DNA of 33,660 bases, from positions 1-33,660 of the IMG/VR virus record IMGVR_UViG_3300037465_000359; one strand, written 5' to 3'. The DNA is from a virus (lineage: Duplodnaviria; Caudoviricetes). Shown piece after piece: positions 8,548 through 16,931 of the stretch. Below the pieces are notes generated by a model that saw only the letters and a list, made by a program, of their open reading frames with translations, searched no databases and was not told the DNA's origin. Positions within the stretch are counted from its first letter, which is position 1; each line of letters begins with the position of its first letter. The position numbers and the translations under genes were made by a program.

Positions 8548-11034
8548 GTGGTGGCGGTAATGGCGAAATTATATAAGGTTGAGCTATTGCATGGAGCCTG
8601 CCCAGTTTGCAACGGTGCTAGGCGCGATTGCCGAAAAACGGGTGAATTGGTGCATTGCTACACCCACAACGAGCCACCGGCGGGGTATGAGTTTAAAGGA
8701 ATTTCCAGGATTGGCGCGAGCCTTTATGCACCGATTAGTGTTGGTGCGAACGGTATACGCAATAAAGACTTGGAACGAATTGCCCGCAAAGAAAGGCAAG
8801 CGGCGCGGCAAGCTTTTTTAGACAGTTTACCGACACTTGAAGAGCGCGATCGTCGGATCAAGGCACACCAAACAACATTAACCACGTCGCAAAAAGCCGA
8901 TTTATTGCGACGTGGTTTAACGCACGCAGAGATTGATTTTGCTTGCCGTAAGCACTGGTTATTTGCGTGTGAGACCGGCTACGGCATATCAGCAATAGAT
9001 CCAGTTACTGGGCTATTGTGTGGTGCTCAGATTGCAAAAGACGACCGATCAGAGTCTCCTTATACTTGGGGTGTATTTGCTGGTAAAAACCAGCTTAGGG
9101 AGACAGGCGAAAATCCACTCTTCGTTTGGCGGTCTAGCCGCTTTGAAGCGTCAAAGTCATACGAGATCAAATATTGCGAGGGTGCATTAAAATCGCTAAT
9201 TCGTGCGTTTTTAGAATGGCGCGCCAATCCTCAGATTGTAGTTATCGGCGCTGCGGGGGGCATTTTTGGGCACAATGCTATCCAACGTTCAATCTCGGCT
9301 TTTCCGGAGCCGATCGCACATGTGATGCTCCCCGATAGCGATACTCAAAATCACAAAAAGCGAAATATCGAAACGGCTTACCGTAATCTATTGTCAGAAG
9401 TGCCCTCGATTAAGTTTGCAGACTGGGGACACTGGCAGAGCAAAGACGGCAAGGATTGTGATGAAACCTATGGCACACCCGCTTTTAGCGATTATGAGGT
9501 GAGATCACCTGATGATTGGCTAAGCTTTTTTGATGAATCGAAAGAGGTAGTCAAAAAACTAGAAAAGAGTTTTGGTGCCGACCTTTCCGACCCGTTAACA
9601 GAAATCGAATTTAAACTCGAAGAGGCGATCGCCGAAAAAAACGAGGTAAACGATTCGGTCATGGAGTTAAATGATCGGCTTAAAAATTTACGAATTAAAG
9701 ATCCGTTTGATACGGCGATCGCACCACTAGAAATAGAGCTAAAAGCTCTCAAAACCAAACTGCGAACACTAAATAGCAAAATTAATGATTTAAAAAGCGA
9801 TCGCGTGCATCACCGAATTGTTAAAAAACAAAAGGAAAGCGCAGATCGGCTAGCTAAGCGCGACGCGGAAAAGGACAACAGAACTTCGTTTGAGAAAGAT
9901 TATGAAGTCTTAAAAGAGTTGCTATTTGATCCAGGGAGATTGCGGTACAACCTACTGACGCTACAAGTAGAGATTGATGGGGAACCCAACCTACTTAACG
10001 AGCCACGAGCCAATTTAGTTGATTTGACTGGATTTAAAGGATGGAACCAAGGCGATGATGCGATTCTTAAAATCGTGGTTAACTTTGCCAAGAAAAAAGC
10101 CTACTGCCCGATCACTGATTACCTTGAATACACAGCAGGCATGAATATTGAGCACACGTTCTTGGATAACGTGGCAGAGCGGATCTATGGGGTTACAGAC
10201 CCTTTACAGAACCTATATTTTAAAACAGTCCTGATCGGCTCAGTGCGGCGCGTGTTTGAGACTGGGTGCTACTACCCGTACATGCCGATCCTTTACTCAG
10301 CCTCACAGCGTGTAGGTAAAAGCACTTCACTCAAAACACTTTACGGACTCGATTTTTCAAGTGAAGGCCAGTTGGTGCTATCCGATCCGGATTCGATCCT
10401 CATCCTCAATCAGGTGTGGATGCACGAGATCCCAGAGGTTGAGTGGGTATTTCGCGGACAGTCTAATAGCGTCATGAAAGACGTTCTGACTCGCACAAAA
10501 GACAGTTATCGTCGCCCCTACGATCGCGCTGTAACGCAAAGCCCACGCCGCACGGTGATATGGGGGACAACCAACCACAAAGAGATATTGACCGATTCGA
10601 CTGGCAATAAACGATTTTTAATTATTGAGATCCCCGAAGGTAAGCGCGTCGATTGGGGATTTTTACAAGCGTCACGCGATCTGATCTGGAGTGCAGCGAT
10701 GGATGCTTACCGTCGTAATATCCCCAGCGAGCTTGACGATGCCGCGACGGCAGCCAGTGAACTTGCTAACAAAGCCCACATGGAAATCGATCCGTGGAGT
10801 GAAGCGATTTTACAATGGCTACAAGAACCAGCTCGCCGCCATTTAACTGAGCTGCTTGATCTCGATATTTTCGTGGATGGACTGGGTTTTGATAAATCGA
10901 GGTTAACCAAAAAAGATAGCGATCGCCTTGGGACGGTTATGCGCACTTTAGGATGGGAGCGCAAGCAAAAGCGCGTATCTGGTGATCGGGTTAGATATTG
11001 GGTTAAGTTAGCTTCAGATAGCAACGAATTTTGA
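8548..11034 (+). CDS. Primase-helicase replication protein (Zn finger + TOPRIM-like + VapE/SF3 helicase)
   Basis: CPVC...C...C zinc finger; CEGALKS and LPDSD TOPRIM-like motifs; coiled-coil linker; Walker A SQRVGKST, Walker B MHEIPE, motif C WGTTN, GNKRF; C-terminal MRTLGWER. Start may be ATG 8560. Confidence 0.88.
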   Translation: MVAVMAKLYKVELLHGACPVCNGARRDCRKTGELVHCYTHNEPPAGYEFKGISRIGASLYAPISVGANGIRNKDLERIARKERQAARQAFLDSLPTLEERDRRIKAHQTTLTTSQKADLLRRGLTHAEIDFACRKHWLFACETGYGISAIDPVTGLLCGAQIAKDDRSESPYTWGVFAGKNQLRETGENPLFVWRSSRFEASKSYEIKYCEGALKSLIRAFLEWRANPQIVVIGAAGGIFGHNAIQRSISAFPEPIAHVMLPDSDTQNHKKRNIETAYRNLLSEVPSIKFADWGHWQSKDGKDCDETYGTPAFSDYEVRSPDDWLSFFDESKEVVKKLEKSFGADLSDPLTEIEFKLEEAIAEKNEVNDSVMELNDRLKNLRIKDPFDTAIAPLEIELKALKTKLRTLNSKINDLKSDRVHHRIVKKQKESADRLAKRDAEKDNRTSFEKDYEVLKELLFDPGRLRYNLLTLQVEIDGEPNLLNEPRANLVDLTGFKGWNQGDDAILKIVVNFAKKKAYCPITDYLEYTAGMNIEHTFLDNVAERIYGVTDPLQNLYFKTVLIGSVRRVFETGCYYPYMPILYSASQRVGKSTSLKTLYGLDFSSEGQLVLSDPDSILILNQVWMHEIPEVEWVFRGQSNSVMKDVLTRTKDSYRRPYDRAVTQSPRRTVIWGTTNHKEILTDSTGNKRFLIIEIPEGKRVDWGFLQASRDLIWSAAMDAYRRNIPSELDDAATAASELANKAHMEIDPWSEAILQWLQEPARRHLTELLDLDIFVDGLGFDKSRLTKKDSDRLGTVMRTLGWERKQKRVSGDRVRYWVKLASDSNEF

Positions 11035-11050
11035 ATTTATTACGCATTCC

Positions 11051-11079
11051 AAAAAGCCATCCAATTGGATGGCTTTTTT
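11051..11079 (+). terminator. Rho-independent terminator after the primase-helicase
   Basis: Perfect palindrome AAAAAGCCATCCAATTGGATGGCTTTTT followed by T. Confidence 0.85.
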
Positions 11080-11082
11080 ATG

Positions 11083-11402
11083 TGTCACAAGCTAAATCCT
11101 GTCACAAAGCTGTCACAAGCTTATTTTTTACCCCTTTGTGACACATGAAACCTTTACCTAGAGCCTTTTCTATGTCTCTGTCACAGAGTCACAAAGGGAA
11201 ATATATATATATATGTGTGGAAACACTTTTTTCGAAAAAACTTAAAAAACGAAATTGAATTTCGGATTTGAAGTTTTTTTTGAAAAAAGTATTTCTGCCC
11301 TGTAAATATAGGGAAAGCTTTGTGACTCTGTGACAAAGCCCCAAAAAACGAACCAAAGCCATACTGTGTAAGTCTTTTGGCTTCTGTGACAGCTTTGTGA
11401 CA
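11083..11402. other. Putative replication origin with inverted GTCACA/TGTGAC iterons around an AT-rich core
   Basis: About ten GTCACA/TGTGAC copies; two perfect 18-bp inverted pairs (11100-11117 / 11385-11402 and 11179-11196 / 11318-11335); (AT)n and A/T tracts at about 11198-11295; directly downstream of the primase-helicase. Confidence 0.75.
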
Positions 11403-11431
11403 AGATTTAGTATGTCAACACCAACGAAGAG

Positions 11432-11785
11432 ATGACTGAGCACCAAATTCAATCTGATTTGATTAAGTGGTTAGCCAAACATCCAGACCCGCGTACTGGG
11501 ATGATTTTCGCCATTCCTAATGGCGGTTGGCGATCGCAAAGAACCGCCAGCACATTAAAAGCTGAAGGGGTTAGAGCGGGTGTGCCAGACCTGTTTTTAC
11601 CAATTCCGTGCAATGGGTATCATGGTCTGTTTATCGAGCTGAAGACACCCACGGGGCGTCCAACTCCAGAACAAAAGCAATGGATCGATGCGCTCAATGA
11701 GCAAGGATACAAAGCAGTCATCTGTAAAGGGTTGATAGCAGCGCAGACTGAAATCAACAATTATCTGTCTCAGGCTTGCCTCTAG
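11432..11785 (+). CDS. VRR-NUC domain nuclease (PD-(D/E)xK), probable junction resolvase
   Basis: TEHQIQ...FAIPNGG.R...LKAEGVRAGVPDLFL...LFIELK...Q..W...L...GY. Confidence 0.92.
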   Translation: MTEHQIQSDLIKWLAKHPDPRTGMIFAIPNGGWRSQRTASTLKAEGVRAGVPDLFLPIPCNGYHGLFIELKTPTGRPTPEQKQWIDALNEQGYKAVICKGLIAAQTEINNYLSQACL

Positions 11786-11827
11786 AAAAAATTGACGACC
11801 TGATCGAGTTAGATCTTCGGATATCGC

Positions 11828-12208
11828 ATGAAACCTCACGCCAGTATTAAAGTTGAGTTATGGCAGTCTGCCATCCACGGCGATCGCGTGTTTGTCGTAG
11901 CAAGCAAAAAGATTGTTAATGGCGATCGCCTGTATTTTGATCATCTAGGCACTGCCTATCCAGTCGAGGCGTGTAAATCTGGCGTAAGAGTAACCGAACC
12001 TATGCGCGAAATCTGGCAACGCATCAACATCCAACCTTGGGAAGGATGCGTGTTCAAGCTAGGCGATCGCGTTAAAGTTACGACTGGCAATAAATCTGGA
12101 CAAGTCTTTACCGTCGAGGGATTTGACCACCAAGAGCGCGCGATCGGTGTAAACGGATTGATTTATTGGTACAAAGAAGAGTATCTAACATGGGTAAAGG
12201 AGGTATAA
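11828..12208 (+). CDS. Hypothetical protein with C-terminal KOW/SH3-like segment
   Basis: FKLGDRVKVTTGNKSGQVFTV...YWYKEEYL pattern. Confidence 0.55.
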   Translation: MKPHASIKVELWQSAIHGDRVFVVASKKIVNGDRLYFDHLGTAYPVEACKSGVRVTEPMREIWQRINIQPWEGCVFKLGDRVKVTTGNKSGQVFTVEGFDHQERAIGVNGLIYWYKEEYLTWVKEV

Positions 12209-12209
12209 A

Positions 12210-12332
12210 TTGACTACAAAATCGCTTCATCTACACGCTAGTCCGAGCTGTAAAAACGCTGCGGCTAATCCTAATCGCCGATCTAATCCCGTCACTTGTT
12301 ACAGCGCTTTCGGTTTTCGCATTTGCTGCTAA
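12210..12332 (+). CDS. 40-aa ORF resembling the C-terminus of FGE-sulfatase/C-lectin-fold proteins (not in ORF track)
   Basis: AAGGAGG upstream of TTG 12210; translates MTTKSLHLHASPSCKNAAANPNRRSNPVTCYSAFGFRICC*. Confidence 0.4.
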   Translation: MTTKSLHLHASPSCKNAAANPNRRSNPVTCYSAFGFRICC

Positions 12333-12354
12333 AAAAAAAATCGAGGATGTAAGT

Positions 12355-12954
12355 ATGTTTTTATGCGATCGCCAAATCAAACAAATGGCTGAACAAGGCA
12401 TGATTGCGCCTTTCGAGCCAAGCTTAGTTCGGCAGATCTCAACCGGAGACAACCCCACTACCCGTCACGTCATCAGCTATGGCTTGTCCTCCTATGGGTA
12501 TGATATTCGGCTGTCACCGCGCGACTTCCGCGTATTTCGCCACATCCCCGGCACTGTGGTCGATCCCAAAAACTTCAATCCGCATAACCTAGAAGCAGTT
12601 GCGCTGCATACAGATGTCTACGGTAGCTTCTTTATTTTGCCCGCCCACTCTTACGGTTTGGGTGTGGCGCTAGAACGCTTAGAAGTACCTGAAAACGTTA
12701 CGGTCATTTGTATTGGCAAAAGTACTTACGCACGCACGGGGGTAATTGCCAACCTGACGCCTGCCGAGGCAGGGTGGCGCGGACATTTGACGCTTGAGTT
12801 TTCTAATTCTTCTAGTGCGGACTGCCGCATCTATGCCAATGAGGGTGTTGTGCAATTGCTGTTTTTAGAAGGCGAACCCTGTGCAGTCAGCTACGAAACC
12901 CGTCGTGGTAAGTACCAAGACCAGCAAGAAACCGTCACTTTAGCGAGGGTGTGA
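12355..12954 (+). CDS. dcd: dCTP deaminase, cyanobacterial type
   Basis: ISYGLSSYGYDIRL, GKSTYARxG, TPAEAGWRGHLTLEFSN, IYANEGVVQLLF, SY..R.GKYQDQ. Confidence 0.97.
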   Translation: MFLCDRQIKQMAEQGMIAPFEPSLVRQISTGDNPTTRHVISYGLSSYGYDIRLSPRDFRVFRHIPGTVVDPKNFNPHNLEAVALHTDVYGSFFILPAHSYGLGVALERLEVPENVTVICIGKSTYARTGVIANLTPAEAGWRGHLTLEFSNSSSADCRIYANEGVVQLLFLEGEPCAVSYETRRGKYQDQQETVTLARV

Positions 12955-12955
12955 T

Positions 12956-13001
12956 GGAGATGGCGATCACAGTCAGCAGTCCGTCGGCGATCGCCATCTC
13001 C
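12956..13001. repeat. 13-bp inverted repeat (stem-loop) immediately after dcd
   Basis: GGAGATGGCGATC (12956-12968) / GATCGCCATCTCC (12989-13001); no U-tract. Confidence 0.7.
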
Positions 13002-13051
13002 CTTGACCGTGTTGCCGACGGACTTACGAGTCATGTATAGTTTTAATCAAC

Positions 13052-13102
13052 TTCGCGAATAAACTTCGCGAAACCAGAACAATATTCGCGAATAAACTTC
13101 GC
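13052..13102. promoter_or_regulatory. Repeated TTCGCGAA palindromes, putative operator array
   Basis: TTCGCGAA at 13052, 13065 and 13085 plus a partial copy at 13098; 18-bp direct repeat TTCGCGAATAAACTTCGC with 33-bp period; possible promoter TTGCCG-N18-TATAGT at 13012-13041. Confidence 0.6.
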
Positions 13103-13387
13103 ATGAAAAAATTAATTGAGATAGATGTTCCCTTGCAACCTCTTTATTCGACGCGGGAGATTGCAAGTTACGTCCAGCGCACACAGCGTCGAGTACAGTC
13201 CGTCATTGCGGAAATCCCCGAACGTACGAATGGACAGATTTCTGTCCAGCCATGCGTTTATGAGGGGCGCACGCCGTTTTACAGCCAAGAAGACATGCGC
13301 CGGATCTTGGTTGTGTTTGGATACCAGGCGCGATTTAAGATTTACTGCGTGGATTTGCGATCGCAGAAGGAAAAACATGTCAATTGA
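13103..13387 (+). CDS. Putative HTH DNA-binding protein (MerR/Xis-like winged helix)
   Basis: LYSTREIASYVQRTQRRVQSVI...GRTPFYSQEDMRRI pattern. Confidence 0.6.
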   Translation: MKKLIEIDVPLQPLYSTREIASYVQRTQRRVQSVIAEIPERTNGQISVQPCVYEGRTPFYSQEDMRRILVVFGYQARFKIYCVDLRSQKEKHVN

Positions 13388-13739
13388 ACAGCACATGGAA
13401 GAGGTACTTAATGGTCAACAGGGTGCAACGGCATCCAGAAAGAAGCGCCCTAGTGCCTCTAAGTTGATCGCTGCGGCTATGAAAGGCAGTCTGCTTACTG
13501 AAGGACTAGGGCGGCAATTAGCACGGCAGCAATTGCGCCAGATTGGCGAGGAGTACGTTCAGGAGCTGGCTCTTGGGCTGCCCGAATTGTTTGAGCAGAT
13601 TTCCCGCCTAACTGAGCGAATTGCCACTCCTATCCACCAACAGCGATCGCTCCCCCCCGCTGAACAAGCAGCATCGCGCGGATCGCTTTTTGCCGACATC
13701 TTTTATGGGGATGATTTTTATGGGGATGATGAGGAGTGA
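13377..13739 (+). CDS. Hypothetical protein
   Basis: Likely start ATG 13377 (MSIEQHMEE...) with AAGGA upstream, overlapping the previous stop; acidic C-terminus with FYGDD duplicated. Confidence 0.6.
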   Translation: MSIEQHMEEVLNGQQGATASRKKRPSASKLIAAAMKGSLLTEGLGRQLARQQLRQIGEEYVQELALGLPELFEQISRLTERIATPIHQQRSLPPAEQAASRGSLFADIFYGDDFYGDDEE

Positions 13740-14202
13740 CTTAAAAGCAGACACGATAAATGTGCTGCGCTCTCTCCCAGAAGCGGCGCGTACCGAGGAT
13801 ATGGCGATCGCAGTCTACCAGTGCCTCGCAAGAGGCATGGATGTACTCACGGTCAAACAGCAAGCGTTGGAGGTAGCGCACCAAGAAATGCGTCGTGATA
13901 TTGATCGTCTCCAGGTTCACCACGAATACCAGCAACAGGTGATCACGGAGGTTCGTCAGGATGTGCGATCGCTAACCTCCTTGCTGATCCAACAATCCCA
14001 GCGGGAAGCTGAAAACGTCAAAGCGCTAGCCTCGGAAGCGCAAAAAGGCAACCATCTTTGGGTGCATGATCCGAGCTGCGTGCTACTGGCTGTAGCGGTT
14101 CTGGTGTTTCCGTTAATGCTGATGCTGTCGGTGTTCTTTAAGCCAGCCGTTGAGGTTGAGCGGGTGCATCGTACCCAGCCTGCTAGAGTGGAGGGATATT
14201 GA
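13726..14202 (+). CDS. Coiled-coil protein with a C-terminal transmembrane helix
   Basis: Likely start ATG 13726 or 13729; heptad-rich middle; hydrophobic CVLLAVAVLVFPLMLMLSVFF. Confidence 0.65.
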   Translation: MMRSDLKADTINVLRSLPEAARTEDMAIAVYQCLARGMDVLTVKQQALEVAHQEMRRDIDRLQVHHEYQQQVITEVRQDVRSLTSLLIQQSQREAENVKALASEAQKGNHLWVHDPSCVLLAVAVLVFPLMLMLSVFFKPAVEVERVHRTQPARVEGY

Positions 14203-14205
14203 GGG

Positions 14206-14664
14206 ATGAGTAACAGACCAACTGATAGACCAACTGAAGGGATCGACTTCTACTCGATTCTCAGAGAGTCAAGAACCGCACCTGCTACAGCCACGCAAGA
14301 CGAGCCGATCAGAGAGTCAAGAACCGCACCTGCTGCAGCCACACAAGGCGAACCGAGGGATAGATTCGTAAAGGGCAGCTTAGCTGATGACAAGGCGATC
14401 GCGATCGCTCAAAAAGTTTTCACCGCGATCGCGATCTTCTTTGTCCTGTGTTTCCTCCATTTGGTGCTGGAGCGCCAGTTGACGCCAAAGATCTACACTC
14501 CGATTAGAGTATGGCTGCCTACCATCCTCTGGTTTGTGATCGTAATACCCAAAAGGCATCCTTTCGCTCTCGGCTGGCTGGGTTGGCTGGGTACGTATGC
14601 GATCGCAGGAGCGACCTGCGGGTATCTGTGGCTCTATCTCCAGCAATTTGTAGGTAACAGATAA
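14206..14664 (+). CDS. Membrane protein (about 3 TM helices) with N-terminal repeats
   Basis: Three hydrophobic stretches; 48-bp imperfect tandem repeat 14261-14356 (RESRTAPAxATQxEP). Confidence 0.7.
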   Translation: MSNRPTDRPTEGIDFYSILRESRTAPATATQDEPIRESRTAPAAATQGEPRDRFVKGSLADDKAIAIAQKVFTAIAIFFVLCFLHLVLERQLTPKIYTPIRVWLPTILWFVIVIPKRHPFALGWLGWLGTYAIAGATCGYLWLYLQQFVGNR

Positions 14665-15548
14665 TGCGTCCGCGTTTGCATCCAAACGAAGCTTTTGATA
14701 GCCTACCAGACTCAGTTCGGCAGTGGGCGTTTAAAGAGATGGCACTCTTTTTGATGGCGCGCGGGCAAGCTCCAGACGTGGTTAGCTACTGGAATTCCAT
14801 CGTGGAAGAAGACCGATGGCGGATTATTGCGTACGTGATTTTTAAAACCACCTCCAAATCCAAAAAACAGCGATCTCCTATCGCTGTACCTAAAATAGAG
14901 GCAGAAACCAGATCGGAAATGTTTAATCTTTCCGATCTGGTCGTGTTAGATCAGTGGGATCTCTATCCTCACGCCGCATGGTTTTGTCCTACTGGCTGGG
15001 GGAAAGACTACAACACAAGCGGGCTACTCGCGAAACATGCGGAGGGTAGGATAACGGCTTGCCTAATCAAGCAGCCGGAGATTTGGAAGGAACGTTGTCC
15101 GCAGGCAGAGGTAGTCTGGAATGGCTATGACTGCTCAAAGATTGAAGCAGTACTCAAAGAAGCGGTTGAAGCCAATGAGCGGCGTGTATTAGGACAGGAA
15201 AAGCCCACGCCTTGGACTATTGTGTTGAGCGACTATCCCTCGATCGCGCGTGGGATACGCGATATCACTGATCGCTATATTGGAGTAATCCTAAGAGATG
15301 GACGTTCTAATCGAATCAGGCTTTGGTTTCTGTTACAGGAATCAAACGTAGCTGCGCTTAAAATGGAAGGACGGAGTGAGCTACTTTGTAATATAAATTT
15401 TGTGCGTGGCGGGCGTTTTGCTCTAGATCATGCAGCGGCGCTTGTTAAAAATCGACTGTTCGCACCATCTAGTTATCAAATACTGGTAAGCAGCAATCGC
15501 CCATGCATGGTTGATGATTTTCTATCCAAAACTGAGGAAACATGCTAA
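14664..15548 (+). CDS. Divergent FtsK/HerA/VirD4-like P-loop ATPase
   Basis: H-preceded Walker A-like PHAAWFCPTGWGKD, Walker B-like WTIVLSDY and GRSNRIRLWFLLQ (arginine finger plus Gln sensor pattern of the FtsK-HerA clade). Confidence 0.65.
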   Translation: MRPRLHPNEAFDSLPDSVRQWAFKEMALFLMARGQAPDVVSYWNSIVEEDRWRIIAYVIFKTTSKSKKQRSPIAVPKIEAETRSEMFNLSDLVVLDQWDLYPHAAWFCPTGWGKDYNTSGLLAKHAEGRITACLIKQPEIWKERCPQAEVVWNGYDCSKIEAVLKEAVEANERRVLGQEKPTPWTIVLSDYPSIARGIRDITDRYIGVILRDGRSNRIRLWFLLQESNVAALKMEGRSELLCNINFVRGGRFALDHAAALVKNRLFAPSSYQILVSSNRPCMVDDFLSKTEETC

Positions 15549-16669
15549 AGACTTTTGACCGCGAGCGATCGCGCAATCAAAGCCAACAATACGCACGGCT
15601 GCGTATTGTTGGAGAAATACACAAGGGTTCTCCCAAAAAAATCGTCAATGGGAAGGAAATCCAAGGCGATGACTTGGACTATTTTCGGTTTGAGGCAAAA
15701 GGAACGCCAGAAGAACAAGCGGCGATCGCCACTGCATTTGCCTCGATTTATGGCGATCGCCCAACCGTGATCAATTTTTATACTTTGGCAGACACGCCAG
15801 AGCAAGCGCTTGATGCTTGGTTTTGGGAATTCGCGAAGATAAACAAGAAGGATTCGCGGGGTAAAGCCAAGATCAAATGCAATGGCGATGAAATCGTTGG
15901 CTGGTGTGATCCGAATACGCAGAAATGGCTTACCGAGCCACGCCCATGTAGGCGATCGCCCGACGAATTACACTGCTCCATGTGCAAGCCATCCGCAAAA
16001 ATGGAGCTTATGATCCCAGAACTCTGGCAAGCGGGCTATATGGGATACGTTCTGTTCCATGTTTCCAGTTTTGCCTACGATTACCCAGAGATTTTGAGCA
16101 ATCTGGAAGCGATCGCGCAAACAAGAGCGATATTTGGAAAGACGCTGAAAAACGCGCCATTGCAGTTATGCCGTGCTATCCGCACGGTTTCCACGTCTTA
16201 CCCAGACAAGGAAAACCCTGAGCGCCGCATTCCCAAGCTATCGGAAAAGTCGCTGTGCTACATCACGCAGCCAGCCGAACATGTCCAACAGTTGGTTCAA
16301 GGGTTGAAGCAGAGGCAAGTATTAACTGAATCCGTGCAACCTCAACTGGCGCTCCCAGCGCGTCAGGAAATTCTATCGATGGCGCGATCGCCTATTTCGC
16401 AAATAGAAGACCTGCGAGCCAAAGCTGAAAGGTTTTACAAGGCTCTCGTTTCCAAGGTGGGGGCGATCGCCGACCTTGAAAGCTATAACCGGCTGTATAC
16501 CTCGGTTTATAGCGAGGATTGCCTTAAACTCTGGGCAGCGCTCCCAGATCAGGGGGCATGTGTAAACTTACTCATGGATGATTTGCGATCACGACTGAGC
16601 GCGCTACTCAAGCCAAGCGCAACAATTGAAACTGAAATAAAAGGAGAGAATAGTGATGAGGATTTTTAA
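15542..16669 (+). CDS. Gp3-like (recombination directionality factor-like) protein
   Basis: VGEIHKG...DLDYFRF...YGDRP...CNGD...PC...CxxCKP...L.IPEL...G pattern as recalled for the phiC31/phiBT1 Gp3-like family; acidic C-tail. Confidence 0.6.
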   Translation: MLKTFDRERSRNQSQQYARLRIVGEIHKGSPKKIVNGKEIQGDDLDYFRFEAKGTPEEQAAIATAFASIYGDRPTVINFYTLADTPEQALDAWFWEFAKINKKDSRGKAKIKCNGDEIVGWCDPNTQKWLTEPRPCRRSPDELHCSMCKPSAKMELMIPELWQAGYMGYVLFHVSSFAYDYPEILSNLEAIAQTRAIFGKTLKNAPLQLCRAIRTVSTSYPDKENPERRIPKLSEKSLCYITQPAEHVQQLVQGLKQRQVLTESVQPQLALPARQEILSMARSPISQIEDLRAKAERFYKALVSKVGAIADLESYNRLYTSVYSEDCLKLWAALPDQGACVNLLMDDLRSRLSALLKPSATIETEIKGENSDEDF

Positions 16670-16907
16670 AGCTCTTGCTGCCATGATTGGCTATGGTGGC
16701 GATATTGACGCGCACCCGCCACGCGAGATTCCGATCTACAGTCGCGACGGCTGGGAGATTTGGCTCTATCTAGAGTCTGGATTTTACGGCTATCGGATCG
16801 CCTATCTAGGCGTCCAAAAGGCGCGATCGCAGGCTGTATACAGCTTCGATGACGCGAGATTTGCGGCAATTCGTAAGTTGGTGGAAGAGAAAAGACATGC
16901 TCAATGA
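16653..16907 (+). CDS. Hypothetical protein
   Basis: 84 aa, AAGGAG upstream, overlaps the previous stop, same strand as operon. Confidence 0.6.
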   Translation: MMRIFKALAAMIGYGGDIDAHPPREIPIYSRDGWEIWLYLESGFYGYRIAYLGVQKARSQAVYSFDDARFAAIRKLVEEKRHAQ

Positions 16908-16931
16908 TCTGTTGCATTAAGAGGAACGATT

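Noticed and set aside
11189-11452. 87-aa minus-strand ORF
   Set aside because: Runs through iterons and A/T tracts of the putative origin; composition reflects the repeats.
12210-12332. Diversity-generating retroelement
   Set aside because: No reverse transcriptase and no adenine-variant template/variable repeat pair seen in the window.
12956-13001. Stem-loop as an intrinsic terminator or ncRNA
   Set aside because: No U-tract, 20-nt loop, stem partly built from HIP1-like sequence; kept only as an inverted repeat.
8453-13102. Direct repeats at 8453, 11083-11402 and 13052 as possible mini-CRISPR arrays
   Set aside because: No repeat-spacer periodicity with 30-40 nt unique spacers; repeats are abutting, too short or inverted.
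13125-13376. N-terminal extension of the 204-aa ORF
   Set aside because: Fully overlaps the HTH gene; ATG 13377 with an RBS is the more plausible start.
14664-15548. ATPase as a genome-packaging motor
   Set aside because: A canonical TerL/portal system is present, and this gene sits with membrane proteins in the early arm.
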